A DNA stretch of 64,000 bases from an uncultured Gemmatimonadales bacterium (GCA_963798845.1 CAWCUS010000001.1:448001-512000), one strand, 5' to 3'. Shown: positions 41,022 through 53,138, counted from the first letter of the stretch. The notes: generated from the sequence alone by a model not told the origin. Numbers and translations are program-made.

Positions 41022-41476
41022 TGCGGCAGGCGTCGGACCGCGCGTACGATCTGGGGATGCTGCTGCTGCGCCTCGGGTTCGGGCTCGGCTTCCTCTACTT
41101 CCACGGCTGGGCCATGCTCATGGGCGGCCCCGAGCGGTGGGCCGGCACCGGCGCGGCCATCGGCCGCCTGGGTGTTCCGTTCTGGCACACGTTCTTCGGG
41201 TTCATGGCCGCGCTGGCCCAGAGCCTCGGCGGCCTCCTCATCGCCGTCGGCCTTTTCTTCCGGACCGCTGCCGTGTTCCTGGGCTTCACCATGTTCACCG
41301 CCTGGACCATGCACGTCCGGACGGGTCAGGGGACTCCCGCGAACGCGTTCAAGAACCTCTGGGTGGCCATCGGCATTTCCTTCATGGGACCCGGCCGCTA
41401 CAGCCTTGACTGGTGGCTCGCGAACCGCAACCGCCCGCGCGGCCCCACCATTGAGCTGGAGCGCACGGAGGAATAG
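41021..41476 (+). CDS. DoxX family membrane protein
   Basis: LLLRLGFG...HG, GPGRYSLD. Confidence 0.88.
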   Translation: MRQASDRAYDLGMLLLRLGFGLGFLYFHGWAMLMGGPERWAGTGAAIGRLGVPFWHTFFGFMAALAQSLGGLLIAVGLFFRTAAVFLGFTMFTAWTMHVRTGQGTPANAFKNLWVAIGISFMGPGRYSLDWWLANRNRPRGPTIELERTEE

Positions 41477-41565
41477 GAGGCGCGAGGTCTCACGCGGAGG
41501 CGCGAGGTCTCACGCGGAGGCGCGTGAGCAGGCTCCGCGGCTCCGCGCGAGGCGCCCGCGAGGCG
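41476..41565. repeat. 20-bp tandem REP-like repeat with hairpin between convergent genes
   Basis: GGAGGCGCGAGGTCTCACGC x2; CTCACGCG-GAGG-CGCGTGAG stem; CTCCGCGG CTCCGCGC. Confidence 0.7.
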
Positions 41566-43674
41566 CTAGACGTGCACTTCCTCGTCGGCCCCTTTCCTGG
41601 CCTCGGCGATGACGTGCTCGGCCACGTGGCTCGGCACTTCCTCGTAGCCGTGGAAGACGCGCCGGTGGACGGCGCGGCCGTGGCTCATGGAGCGCAGCGT
41701 GGTCGCGTACTTGTACAGCTCCGCTTCGGGCACCAGGGCGCGGATGATGGTCTTCGACCCTGCGCTGTCCATCCCCTGGATCCTGCCGCGGCGCTGGTTC
41801 AGGTCGCCCATGATGTCGCCCATGAAGTCCTCGGGCGTCGTGATCTCCACCTCCATGACCGGCTCGAGCAGCACGGGGGCGGCCTCCTGCGCAGCCTTCT
41901 TGAAGGCCATCGACCCGGCCACCTGGAACGCCACGTCGCTCGAATCCACCGAGTGGTAGGAGCCGTCGTAGCATTCCGCCTCGAAGTCCACCACGGGGTA
42001 GCCGGCCAGGATCCCCCGGCCCGAGGCCTCCTGGATCCCCTTCTCCACGCTCGGGATGAACTTGTTCGGGATCACGCCGCCGGTGACGGCGTCGGTGAAG
42101 ATGTAGCCGCTGTCTCGGGGACGCGGCCTGAGCCGGACGTGGCAGTCGCCGAACTGGCCGCGGCCGCCCGTCTGCTTCTTGTAGCGCCCCTGCGCCGCGG
42201 CCTCCTTGCGGATGGTCTCGCGGTAGCTGATGCGCGGCTGCTCGGTCTCCACCTCGACGCCGTACTTCCGACGCAGCCTCTCGATCTGGACTTCCAGGTG
42301 CAGCTCGCCGAGTCCCCGGATGATGGTCTGGCGTATCTCCGGCTCGTACCCGCTCTTGAACGTCGGGTCCTCCTCGTGCAGCCGGGTCAGCCCGGTGCCG
42401 ATCTTGTCCTCGTCGCTCCGGCTCGCCGCACGGATCGCCACGGAGATGTCGGGCTCCGGGAACTTGATCGGCTCGATCACCAGCAGACGGGACGCGTCGC
42501 AGAGCGTGTCGTTGGTGTGCGTGTTCTTCAGCTTCGCCACCACGCCCAGGTCGCCGGCGTGCAGCCGATCCACCTCCAGCCGCTCCTTCCCCTGCGCGAC
42601 CGACACGTGCGTCAGCTTCTCGGGCGCCTCCCGGTTGGCGTTCAGCACCTCCTTCCCGTTCTCCACCGTGCCGCTGAAGATGCGGAAGAAGCTGAGCTCG
42701 CCCACGTGCGGCTCGTTCACGGTCTTGTAGACCAGCGCCGCCAGCGGCTGGTCGTCCGCCGACCGCAGCTCCACGACCTGGTCGATGTTCGGCCGCTGCG
42801 CCAGCTCCGTGGCCGCGTCCGCCGGGCTCGGCATCAGCTCGACCAGCTTCTTGAGCAGCGCGCGCGTCCCCCAGGTCTTCTGGGGCGCGCCGCAGAACAG
42901 CGGGAACACCTCGCCCCGCAGCATCGCGCTCTTCATCGCCTCCAGCGCCTGCTCACGGTCGATCTCACCACCCTCCAGGTACGCTTCGAGGAGCGCGTCA
43001 TCCGTCGTGGCGATCGTCTCCATCAGCTCCGTCCGCCACCGATCGTACTCTGCCTGCTTGTCCTCGGGGACTTCCGTTTCGTCATACTCCCCGCTGGCGC
43101 TTCCCTCCTTGTAGATGTGCGCCTTGCCGCTGAACAGGTTGATGATTCCGCGGAAATCCTCACCCGCCCCGATCGGGATCTCCACCGGGATCACCTTGTC
43201 CGCCAGGCGCTCCTTGATGTCGGAGTAGACACGGTCGAAGTCCGCGTTCTCCTTGTCCATCATCGACACGAAAAAAAGTCTGGGAATCCCGCGGTCCTCG
43301 CAGTATTCCCAGACTTTCTCCGTCCCCACCTCGACGCCGGTCGTGGCGCCGAGGACCACTACAGCGCCGTCGCTGACCCGGGTGGCCGCGACCGCTTCGG
43401 CCGTGAAGTCTATGTAGCCCGGCGTGTCGAGCAGGTTGACCTTGGTCCCTTCCCACTCGGCGAACGCCGGCGAGGTCTGCATGGAGATCCCGTGCGAGAT
43501 CTCCTCCGGCGTGTACATGGTCAGCGCCGTGCCGTCCCCGACGCTCCCGTGCCGACGCGTGGTCCCGGACACGAAGCAAAGCGCGTCCACCAGCGTCGTC
43601 TTCCCGGAGCCGCCGTGCCCAAGCACGGCGACATTCCGGATCCTTTCCGTGGTGTATTCACTCCCGGTGGCCAT
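41566..43674 (-). CDS. fusA2: elongation factor G paralog (EF-G2)
   Basis: GHGGSGKTT, DTPGY, GLGELHLE, KKQTGGRGQFG, DGSYHSVDSS, LLEPVM. Confidence 0.93.
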   Translation of the reverse strand: MATGSEYTTERIRNVAVLGHGGSGKTTLVDALCFVSGTTRRHGSVGDGTALTMYTPEEISHGISMQTSPAFAEWEGTKVNLLDTPGYIDFTAEAVAATRVSDGAVVVLGATTGVEVGTEKVWEYCEDRGIPRLFFVSMMDKENADFDRVYSDIKERLADKVIPVEIPIGAGEDFRGIINLFSGKAHIYKEGSASGEYDETEVPEDKQAEYDRWRTELMETIATTDDALLEAYLEGGEIDREQALEAMKSAMLRGEVFPLFCGAPQKTWGTRALLKKLVELMPSPADAATELAQRPNIDQVVELRSADDQPLAALVYKTVNEPHVGELSFFRIFSGTVENGKEVLNANREAPEKLTHVSVAQGKERLEVDRLHAGDLGVVAKLKNTHTNDTLCDASRLLVIEPIKFPEPDISVAIRAASRSDEDKIGTGLTRLHEEDPTFKSGYEPEIRQTIIRGLGELHLEVQIERLRRKYGVEVETEQPRISYRETIRKEAAAQGRYKKQTGGRGQFGDCHVRLRPRPRDSGYIFTDAVTGGVIPNKFIPSVEKGIQEASGRGILAGYPVVDFEAECYDGSYHSVDSSDVAFQVAGSMAFKKAAQEAAPVLLEPVMEVEITTPEDFMGDIMGDLNQRRGRIQGMDSAGSKTIIRALVPEAELYKYATTLRSMSHGRAVHRRVFHGYEEVPSHVAEHVIAEARKGADEEVHV

Positions 43675-43724
43675 GACCCCTCCATTCCCGATGGCCCAGA
43701 TGCGCGCGGATTGCGGAGGATCGG

Positions 43725-43754
43725 ATGGTAGGGCCGCGGCAACGCGGGTGTCAA
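43725..43754 (-). promoter_or_regulatory. sigma70 promoter of the fusA paralog
   Basis: Minus strand TTGACA-N18-TACCAT. Confidence 0.65.
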
Positions 43755-44029
43755 TACGTCGAGACCCCCCGCCGCACCCGACCTCGCCTCCTCCACCCGC
43801 CGCTGCCACACACGCGCTCGCTCCGGCTGTGCGCGCTCGGGCATTCAACGGTCAAAGTAAGCTCAAGACCGGAAATGGTCATGTCTAACAGGTGTGACAC
43901 CAATCCTATTTCGTCAAACCACGCCTTCAAGGGTCGCGGATGACTGCGTCCCTGGTTGCGCGCCCACTGCCCTGGTCGGGGCAAGGGACCGCGCCTCGTG
44001 CAGCCGGCTTGAACGCAGGGGTTCGCCGC

Positions 44030-44863
44030 TCAGTTCTGACGATAGCGCTTGCTGACCTCGTCGAGGATGCGGAGCTCCTCGGGGGAAAGGCTCTGCAGGC
44101 CGGATCGGCTGATCTTGTCGAGCACCTTGTCGACCTCGTCGAGGGCGCGGTCCTCATCGCGGCGACGGGGGCGTTGGGGGGCCCTTGCCCCGCCGCCACC
44201 GGGGACGACGTTGGTCTTGCGACGGCCGACGAACTTCCTGAGGCGCTTGAAGCGGCTGGTGAGGTCGCCCTGGATCTTGAGGTAGACGAAAGCGGCCGCG
44301 AAGCCGCCGAGGTGGGCGAAGTGGGCGATGTGGTCGCGGGGCGCGCCGCCCATGGTCTGGCCGGCGATGCTGAGGAAGGAGATGGCGAAGGCGAAGATGA
44401 CGAGCCACTTCGCCTTCACGGGGAGGATGCCCCAGATATAGATGGGCATGTTCGGCCAGTTCATGGCGAAGGCGAGCATGACGCCGTAGATGGCGGCGGA
44501 GGCCCCGATCACGCCGGCGTTGAAGGCGAAGAGGTAGGAGAAGAAGGCGCCGCCGAGGCCGGACACCAGGTAGAATCGGAGGAACTCGCGTCCTCCCCAC
44601 ATGCTCTCCAGCGGCGGGCCGAAGAAGAAGAGCACGAGCATGTTGAAGAAGAGGTGGAAGAACCCGCCGTGGACGAACATGTAGGTGACGATGGTCCACG
44701 GTCGCACGAGGGTGAGTGCGGGGATGAAGGCGAGCCATTGGCTGATGGCGGGAAGGGCGAGGGAGGCGAGCCAGACGACGGTGTTGGCGATGATCAGCCG
44801 GAGGACCCACGGCGTGATGCCATAGCCGAAGGCCAGGCCGGCGGTGCGGTTGCGGTAGGCCAT
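44030..44863 (-). CDS. rhomboid intramembrane serine protease
   Basis: HLFFNM, GASAA, AHFAHLGG, C-terminal VDKVLDKISRSG. Confidence 0.93.
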   Translation of the reverse strand: MAYRNRTAGLAFGYGITPWVLRLIIANTVVWLASLALPAISQWLAFIPALTLVRPWTIVTYMFVHGGFFHLFFNMLVLFFFGPPLESMWGGREFLRFYLVSGLGGAFFSYLFAFNAGVIGASAAIYGVMLAFAMNWPNMPIYIWGILPVKAKWLVIFAFAISFLSIAGQTMGGAPRDHIAHFAHLGGFAAAFVYLKIQGDLTSRFKRLRKFVGRRKTNVVPGGGGARAPQRPRRRDEDRALDEVDKVLDKISRSGLQSLSPEELRILDEVSKRYRQN

Positions 44864-44869
44864 GGCGGT

Positions 44870-46501
<1,632 letters not shown>

Positions 46502-47893
46502 TCAGCCCGTCAGTTGCCGGACCAGGTCGTAGCGGGTGATGATGCCGGTCGGAGCACCATCCTGCCGCACGATCACGGCGGGGTTGGAGCGGGTCAGGAG
46601 CCGGGCGATGTCCTCCATCCCCGCGCTGCTCTCGACGCTGGGGAACGGCGCCTCCATGAGGTCGCGGACCGACCGGTCGAGGACGAGCGGGTCCTCGATG
46701 ACGGCGGCCATGATCACCTCCTCGGCGAGCGAGCCGATGGCGTCGTCGCGATCGAACACGGCCAGCTGCGAGATGCCGTGGCTGGTGATGAGCGAGAGCG
46801 CCTCACGCACCGTCTGGTCGGGCGCCACGACCACGAGGGCGGGCGTGCCCGGGCTCTTGCTGGCGAGGAGGTGGGCGGCGTCCATGTGCTCGGGCTCGAT
46901 GAGCTGGTTCTCGCGGAGCCATTCGTCGTTGTAGAGCTTGGAGAGGTAGCGCTCGCCGGTGTCGGGGAGCATACAGACGATCAGGGCTTCCGGGTCGTCG
47001 AGCCGCTTCGCCAGCTCTGCGGCCAGGTGGACGATCAGCCCGGCCGAGCCGCCCACGAACAGCCCCTCCTCGCGCGTGAGCCGGCGGGCCATGTGGAACG
47101 CTTCCCTGTCGCCCACGACGTGGAGCTCGTCGATGACGTCGAACCAGAGCGTGGACGGGAGCTTGTCGTTGCCGATCCCCTCCACCTTGTACGGCGCCCC
47201 CTCCCCCTTCTCTCCCGTCCGGAAGTAGTGTGCGAAGATCGACCCCACCGGGTCCCCGGCCACCACGCGGATGTCGGGGTTCTGGTCCTTGAGGAAGCGC
47301 CCCGTGCCGCTGATGGTGCCGCCCGTCCCGGCGGACCCGACGAAGTGGGTGATCCTGCCCTCGGTCTGCGTCCAGATCTCCGGACCGGTGGTGGCGCGGT
47401 GCGCCTCCGGGTTCACCGGGTTGTAGAACTGGTCCGCCAGGACGGCGCCGGGCGTGCTCGCCACGATTCGCCTGGCGGTCTGGACGTAGTTGTCCGGATG
47501 GTCCGGCGGCACGGCGGTGGGGGTGACGATGACCTCGGCGCCGAACGCCTTGAGCAGCCGCACCTTCTCCTGGCTCATCTTGTCGGGCATGGTGAAGATG
47601 CAGCGGTAGCCCTTGAGCGCGGCGGCGAGAGCGAGACCCACCCCCGTGTTGCCGCTCGTCCCCTCCACCACCACGCCGCCCGGCTTCAGCGTTCCCTCGC
47701 GCTCCGCGGCCTCGATCATGGCCAGCCCGATCCGATCCTTCACCGAGCCGCCCGGGTTGAAGAACTCGGCCTTCCCGAACACGGGCGTCCTGGCGCCGTC
47801 GGTGACCCGGTTGAGGCGGATCAGCGGGGTCCAGCCGATCGTGCCCAGAACGCTCTCGTACGGCCGCGCGTTGCGCGGGGCCTGCTCGGTCAT
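46502..47893 (-). CDS. cbs: cystathionine beta-synthase with CBS domains
   Basis: NPGGSVKDR, TSGNTG, GTGGT, RYLSK, two CBS domains. Confidence 0.93.
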   Translation of the reverse strand: MTEQAPRNARPYESVLGTIGWTPLIRLNRVTDGARTPVFGKAEFFNPGGSVKDRIGLAMIEAAEREGTLKPGGVVVEGTSGNTGVGLALAAALKGYRCIFTMPDKMSQEKVRLLKAFGAEVIVTPTAVPPDHPDNYVQTARRIVASTPGAVLADQFYNPVNPEAHRATTGPEIWTQTEGRITHFVGSAGTGGTISGTGRFLKDQNPDIRVVAGDPVGSIFAHYFRTGEKGEGAPYKVEGIGNDKLPSTLWFDVIDELHVVGDREAFHMARRLTREEGLFVGGSAGLIVHLAAELAKRLDDPEALIVCMLPDTGERYLSKLYNDEWLRENQLIEPEHMDAAHLLASKSPGTPALVVVAPDQTVREALSLITSHGISQLAVFDRDDAIGSLAEEVIMAAVIEDPLVLDRSVRDLMEAPFPSVESSAGMEDIARLLTRSNPAVIVRQDGAPTGIITRYDLVRQLTG

Positions 47894-48279
47894 GGGCTCT
47901 CTCCGGGGAGCGAGGAAGCTGGCTCCCCCGGTGTGGAGTCGCGCCGGAAGCGGACGGGGAGCTTCGTCCACATGGCGATCCGGCGGTCCCCGCGGCGACC
48001 GGGGGAGAACTTCAGCGCGCGTGCTCCCTTCAGCGCCGCGGAGTCGAAAGCGGCGTGCCCGCTCGGCTCCAGGATGTAGACGCTGTCCACGCCACCCCTG
48101 TCCGTGACGTGCACCATCAGGACGGCTACGCCCTGCTCGCCCGCGTCCCAGAGCTGCAGCGGATAGTGGAACGGGGACTCGACCGAGATCGCTTCCGGGT
48201 TGGTGACGGGGTCGGAGTCGCGCTCGCAGCCTCCGAGCGCTGCGGCGGCGACCACGAGCGCGAGGACGGGGGTCCTCAC
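47890..48279 (-). CDS. TonB C-terminal domain lipoprotein
   Basis: Lipobox LGGC; YPLQ...GEQG...SGHAAFDSAA...LPVRF. Confidence 0.85.
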   Translation of the reverse strand: MRTPVLALVVAAAALGGCERDSDPVTNPEAISVESPFHYPLQLWDAGEQGVAVLMVHVTDRGGVDSVYILEPSGHAAFDSAALKGARALKFSPGRRGDRRIAMWTKLPVRFRRDSTPGEPASSLPGESP

Positions 48280-50888
48280 GATGCTCCTCCGCGCGCCTCG
48301 TCGCGGAGCGACGCCAGCCGGTTCAGCGCTTCCAGCGGCGTGAGCCGCTCCACGTCGACGTCGCGGAGGCGCTGCACCACCGGGTGCTCCTGCGCACCGA
48401 AGAAGGAGAGCTGGTCGGGCGGCGAGGTGCTCGGCGGGCGGCGTCGCCCGCGTCGGCCGAGCCCTTCGCCGTGGTGCGTGTGGCTCCCCTCCAGCTCGCC
48501 CAGGATCTCCCGGGCCCGCTCGACCACGTCGGCAGGGAGCCCGGCGAGGCGGCCGACCTGGATCCCGTACGAGCGGTCGGCCCCTCCCGGCTCCAGGCGT
48601 CGCAGGAAGACGATGTCGTCGCCGGTCTCCCGGACGGCCACGTTGGCGTTCACCAGCGCGGGGAGCAGGTCGGCAAGCTGGGTGAGCTCGTGATAGTGCG
48701 TGGCGAACACGGTCTTGGCCCCGATCCTCTCGTGCAGGAACTCCGTGACGGCCCAGGCAATGCTGACGCCGTCGTACGTGGCGGTGCCGCGGCCGATCTC
48801 GTCGAGCAGGACGAGGGAGCGGTCCGTGGCGTTGTGGAGGATGGATGCCGTCTCGCTCATCTCCACCATGAAGGTGGACTGCCCGCGGACCAGGTTGTCG
48901 GATGCGCCGACGCGGGTGAAGATCCGATCGCAGATCGGGATGCGCGCGGCGTCCGCGGGGACGAACGCGCCGACCTGCGCCAGGAGCTGGATCAGCCCCA
49001 CCTGGCGCAGGAGAGTGCTCTTCCCCGCCATGTTGGGCCCGGTGAGGATCATCACCCGTGCATCCGCGTCGAGCCGAACGTCGTTCGGGATGAACTCCTC
49101 GGTGGGCATCATGGTCTCCACGACCGGGTGCCGCCCGGCGCGGATGTCCAGCTCGTAGCCGGTGTGCACCTCCGGCCGGACGTAGCGACGCCGCTCCGCC
49201 AGGCGACCGAGGCCCGCCAGCACGTCGAGCGCCGCGACCCCGGCGGCGGTCTCCAGCAGGCGGGGCACCGCTTCCCCGACGTCACGCCGCAGCGCGCCGA
49301 AGAGGCGGGCCTCCAGGTCGGTGATCCGGTCCTCGGCCCCCAGCACCTTCGCCTCCCATTCGTCCAGCTCGTCGGTCACGAAGCGCTCGGCGTTCGCCAG
49401 CGTCTGCTTGCGACGGTACTCCTCCGGGACCCGCTCCACGTTCGAGCGCGTCACTTCGAGGTAGTAACCGAACACCTTGTTGTATCCCACCTTGAGCGAC
49501 CCGATCCCGGTGCGCTCCCGCTCCCTCGCCTGGAGCGATGCGATGAAGTCTCGGGCGCCATCGCGCGTCTCGCGCAGGTCGTCGAGCTGCGTGTCGAAAC
49601 CGCTCCGGATCACGCCCCCCTCCCCCAGCGCCGGCGGCGGCTCGTCGGCCAGGGCGGAAGCGATCTTCTCCCGCACGTCGTCCAGAGGGTCGAGCCCATC
49701 ACGGAGTGAGGAAAGGAGCACGGATTCGGCCTCTCCGAGCGCCTCAGCGAGCGCCGGGAGCCGGGCCAGCGACCACGCGAGCGCCGCCATCTCGCGGGGA
49801 TTGACGCGTCCGGTCCCGACCTTCCCTGCCAGGCGCTCGAGGTCCCGCACCTGCTTCAGTCCCGTGCGCAGCGCGCGCCGCAGCGCCGGCCGCTCCACCA
49901 GCTCGGCCACTGCCTCCTGCCGACGCCAGATCGCCTCGGGCGCGACCAGGGGCCGGAGCAGCCACTGGCGCAGGAGCCTCGCGCCCATGGCCGTGACGGT
50001 CTCATCCACCACTTCGAGGAGGGTGGCGGCGGCGCCGGCCGGCGCGTCGGGGCGAAGCGGCGCGGTCAGCTCGAGGTTGCGCCGCGTCATGTCGTCGAGC
50101 GCCATGGCCTCGCCCGGGCGCTCGATGCGAGGGCGGCGCAGCCCGGAAGCCGACGCGGGCTGCACTTCCCGGATGTAGGCGAGGAGGGCGCCCAGCGCGC
50201 CGACCAGCGGCTGGTCGCCATCCTGGAACCCGAGCCCGTCCAGGGCGTGGAGCGTGAAGTGGCGCCGGATCTCGTCGGCGGCGAGCTCCGGGTCGAAGAA
50301 CCAGTCGGGGCGGTAGGTGACGCTGGGGCCGTCCAGGACGAAATCCCCCTCGCGCGCCCGGGGCAGGAGCACCTCCGACGGCTCGAAGCGGGCCAGCTCG
50401 GAAGCCAGCCGTTCGGCCGCGACTCGCGTGCCGAGGAACTCGCCGGTGCTCACGTCGACGGCCGCGAGGGCGACATCGCCGTCGCCGTCCAGGATCGCCA
50501 CGAGCCAGTTGTTGCGACGCGCGTCGAGGAGAGGGTCGGCGGTGATGGCGCCGGGCGTGACGGTCTCCACGACCTCCCGTCGAACGATGTCCGTGGCCTG
50601 AGCCGGGTCTTCCACCTGCTCGCAGATGGCGACGCGGCGGCCGAGGCGGACCAGGCGCTCGAGGTACTCGTTCCTGGCCTTGACCGGTATCCCGGCGAGC
50701 GGAACGTTGGCCGCGCCGCCGTTGTTTCGGGAGGTGAGGGTCAGGCCGAGGAGGCGGGCGCCCTCCTCGGCGTCCTCGTTGAACATCTCGTAGAAGTCGC
50801 CGACGCGGAAGAACACGATGGCATCGGCGTGGCGCGACTTGGCCTCACGCCACTGGCGCATCAGGGGGGTGTCTTCCTGCTTCGGCAT
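48276..50888 (-). CDS. mutS: DNA mismatch repair protein MutS
   Basis: TPLMRQW, GDFYEMF, GPNMAGKST, DEIGRGT, SYGIQV, QLSFF. Confidence 0.98.
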   Translation of the reverse strand: MPKQEDTPLMRQWREAKSRHADAIVFFRVGDFYEMFNEDAEEGARLLGLTLTSRNNGGAANVPLAGIPVKARNEYLERLVRLGRRVAICEQVEDPAQATDIVRREVVETVTPGAITADPLLDARRNNWLVAILDGDGDVALAAVDVSTGEFLGTRVAAERLASELARFEPSEVLLPRAREGDFVLDGPSVTYRPDWFFDPELAADEIRRHFTLHALDGLGFQDGDQPLVGALGALLAYIREVQPASASGLRRPRIERPGEAMALDDMTRRNLELTAPLRPDAPAGAAATLLEVVDETVTAMGARLLRQWLLRPLVAPEAIWRRQEAVAELVERPALRRALRTGLKQVRDLERLAGKVGTGRVNPREMAALAWSLARLPALAEALGEAESVLLSSLRDGLDPLDDVREKIASALADEPPPALGEGGVIRSGFDTQLDDLRETRDGARDFIASLQARERERTGIGSLKVGYNKVFGYYLEVTRSNVERVPEEYRRKQTLANAERFVTDELDEWEAKVLGAEDRITDLEARLFGALRRDVGEAVPRLLETAAGVAALDVLAGLGRLAERRRYVRPEVHTGYELDIRAGRHPVVETMMPTEEFIPNDVRLDADARVMILTGPNMAGKSTLLRQVGLIQLLAQVGAFVPADAARIPICDRIFTRVGASDNLVRGQSTFMVEMSETASILHNATDRSLVLLDEIGRGTATYDGVSIAWAVTEFLHERIGAKTVFATHYHELTQLADLLPALVNANVAVRETGDDIVFLRRLEPGGADRSYGIQVGRLAGLPADVVERAREILGELEGSHTHHGEGLGRRGRRRPPSTSPPDQLSFFGAQEHPVVQRLRDVDVERLTPLEALNRLASLRDEARGGAS

Positions 50889-51083
50889 CCGGGTCGACGT
50901 GGTGGCGGTCCGTCCGGGCGATCGTGCGGAACGATAGCGGCGGCGCGGCGGTGGCTGCAACCGCCTTGACCATCCCCATCCCCGCCGGTTAGCATGCCTC
51001 CGTCGCCAGCGCTCCGACGCCGGAGCAGGCCCTGCCTGCCCGACCCGGAGCGCCTTCTTTTTTCTGCCCCCCTCCCGCGGAAC

Positions 51084-53138
51084 ATGGCCGTCAAGCAGGA
51101 GCCGGACGCCGCCGAAGCCGCCGAGCTGGGATTCGCCGCGCTGCCGGACGCCTTCGACGTCGCTCTTCGAGCCGCCGTTCTGGATTCCGCCGGAGAGGCG
51201 GTCGTGGCCGTGGACCGGGAGGGGCGGATTCTGTCGTGGAACGCCGCCGCAACACGCCTTTTCGGGGTACGCTCCCGTCACGTGGTGGGCCTGTGTGTCT
51301 TCGACCTGCTTCCGCCGGGGGAGCTGCGCGAGCGTGCGGCTGCGCTCATGGAGCGAACGGAGACGGGGCGGTCGTGGCAGGGCGAGCTGACCGTCCCGGG
51401 CGGTGACGGCCGAAGCTTCGCGGTGCACGCCACGATCTCGCCGCTCCGCGACGAGGGTGGCACCATCGCGGGGAGCGTCTGTGTCGCCCGGGACGCGAGC
51501 GATCGGCACGCGGCGGCGGAAGCGCTGCGCGAGTCGGAGCAGCGGGCAGCAATGGTGCGCGCCGCCGCCGACGCGGTGATCTGGGAGATGGACTTCCGGA
51601 CGGGCGAAGTGCGCTGGAGCGACGCCATGACCACCACGTTCGGGTACCCGCCCGACACGGTGGAGCCGACCACGGCGTGGTGGCACGAGCGGGTGCACCC
51701 GGACGATCGCGCGCGCGTCGCGGATCGGTTCCGGGCCGCCGTCGCGGAGGGAGCCCGCCTGTGGACGGAGGAGTACCGCTTCCGCCGGCACGATGGCGGG
51801 TACGCGCTGGTCTTCGATCGGGCGCACGTTGCCCGCGACGCGCACGGGCACGCGGTGGGCGCGGTCGGGGCGATCGTGGACCTGACCGAGCGACGGCGGT
51901 TGCGGGAGGAGCAGCGTTTCCTTTCCCAGGCCAGCATGATCCTGGACCTCTCCCTCGACTATGAGGCCACGCTTCCCACCATCGCGCGCCTGGCTACCAC
52001 CACGCTGGCGGACGTCTGTTTCGTGCGCGTGGAGCCGGGCGACGGGTCGCCCCCGTTCAGTGCCGCATCCCACTCCGACCCTCGGCTCCAGCCCGTCGTG
52101 GACGAGATCCGCAGCTTCTTCGACGGCGGCAGCGTCCGGCCTGCGCTGCTCGACCGGATTCGACGCTCCGGCGAGCCCCTGCTCTTCTCCCGCCTCGCCG
52201 ACGACCTGGGGGACCGGCTGGAGCTCGGGCGCCACATCGGCGGCCTGGCGCGCTCGCTGGGCGCCCGAACCGCCGTGGCCGTGCCGCTGCGGGCGAAACA
52301 GGAGCTGGTGGGCGTGCTGGTGGTGGCGCGGACATCGGAAACCGACCGCTACGACGAAACCGACGTCCAGATGCTGGAGGAGCTGGGTCGGCGGATCGGG
52401 CTCGCCGTCGACCACGCCCGCCTCTTCCAGCAGGCGCAGCTGGCGAACCGGGCCAAGTCCGACTTCCTCGCGGTGATCAGCCACGAGCTGCGCACTCCGC
52501 TCACCGCCGTGGTCGGCTACGCGGACCTCCTCTCCGCCGAAGTGTCCGGGCCGCTCAACGAGCAGCAGAAGCACCAGGTGGACCGGATCCGGGCAGGATC
52601 GGACCGGCTGCTCCACATCATCGAGAGCATCCTCGCCTTCGCTCGCCTGGAGACTGGAACCGAGCGGGCGTATCGCGTACGGGTCGAGCTCGCGACGCTG
52701 CTGGCACGGCTCGAGGAAGTGCTGGGTCCCCGCGTGCGCGAGGACGGGAGCCGCCTGGAGATCGACGCCACGGCGGCGCCCGACGTCGTGGTCACGGATG
52801 GGGAGAAGGTCCTCCAGGTCCTCCTGGGGCTGCTGCTCAATGCCATGAAGTTCGGCAAGGGCGGAGCCATCCGCCTGCGCGTATCGGGAGGGGATGGTCG
52901 CGTCGCGTTCGACGTGAGCGACACCGGCGCCGGCATCGCGCCCGAGCACCTTCCTCACATCTTCAATCCGTTCTGGCAGGCGGAACAACCCGCGACGCGA
53001 CGCGCGGGTGGCGCCGGGCTCGGGCTGAGCGTGGCGAGGCGTACGGCGCGCCTTCTTGGGGGCGACGTGTCCGTCCTCGAGAGCTCTCCCGAGGGTACCA
53101 CGTTCCGGCTGGAGATTCCGCAGGACGTGGCGCCCTGA
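51084..53138 (+). CDS. PAS-PAS-GAF sensor histidine kinase (no adjacent response regulator)
   Basis: WNAAA PAS, VHPDD PAS, GAF, SHELRTPL, NAMKF, DTGAGI, GAGLGL. Confidence 0.93.
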   Translation: MAVKQEPDAAEAAELGFAALPDAFDVALRAAVLDSAGEAVVAVDREGRILSWNAAATRLFGVRSRHVVGLCVFDLLPPGELRERAAALMERTETGRSWQGELTVPGGDGRSFAVHATISPLRDEGGTIAGSVCVARDASDRHAAAEALRESEQRAAMVRAAADAVIWEMDFRTGEVRWSDAMTTTFGYPPDTVEPTTAWWHERVHPDDRARVADRFRAAVAEGARLWTEEYRFRRHDGGYALVFDRAHVARDAHGHAVGAVGAIVDLTERRRLREEQRFLSQASMILDLSLDYEATLPTIARLATTTLADVCFVRVEPGDGSPPFSAASHSDPRLQPVVDEIRSFFDGGSVRPALLDRIRRSGEPLLFSRLADDLGDRLELGRHIGGLARSLGARTAVAVPLRAKQELVGVLVVARTSETDRYDETDVQMLEELGRRIGLAVDHARLFQQAQLANRAKSDFLAVISHELRTPLTAVVGYADLLSAEVSGPLNEQQKHQVDRIRAGSDRLLHIIESILAFARLETGTERAYRVRVELATLLARLEEVLGPRVREDGSRLEIDATAAPDVVVTDGEKVLQVLLGLLLNAMKFGKGGAIRLRVSGGDGRVAFDVSDTGAGIAPEHLPHIFNPFWQAEQPATRRAGGAGLGLSVARRTARLLGGDVSVLESSPEGTTFRLEIPQDVAP

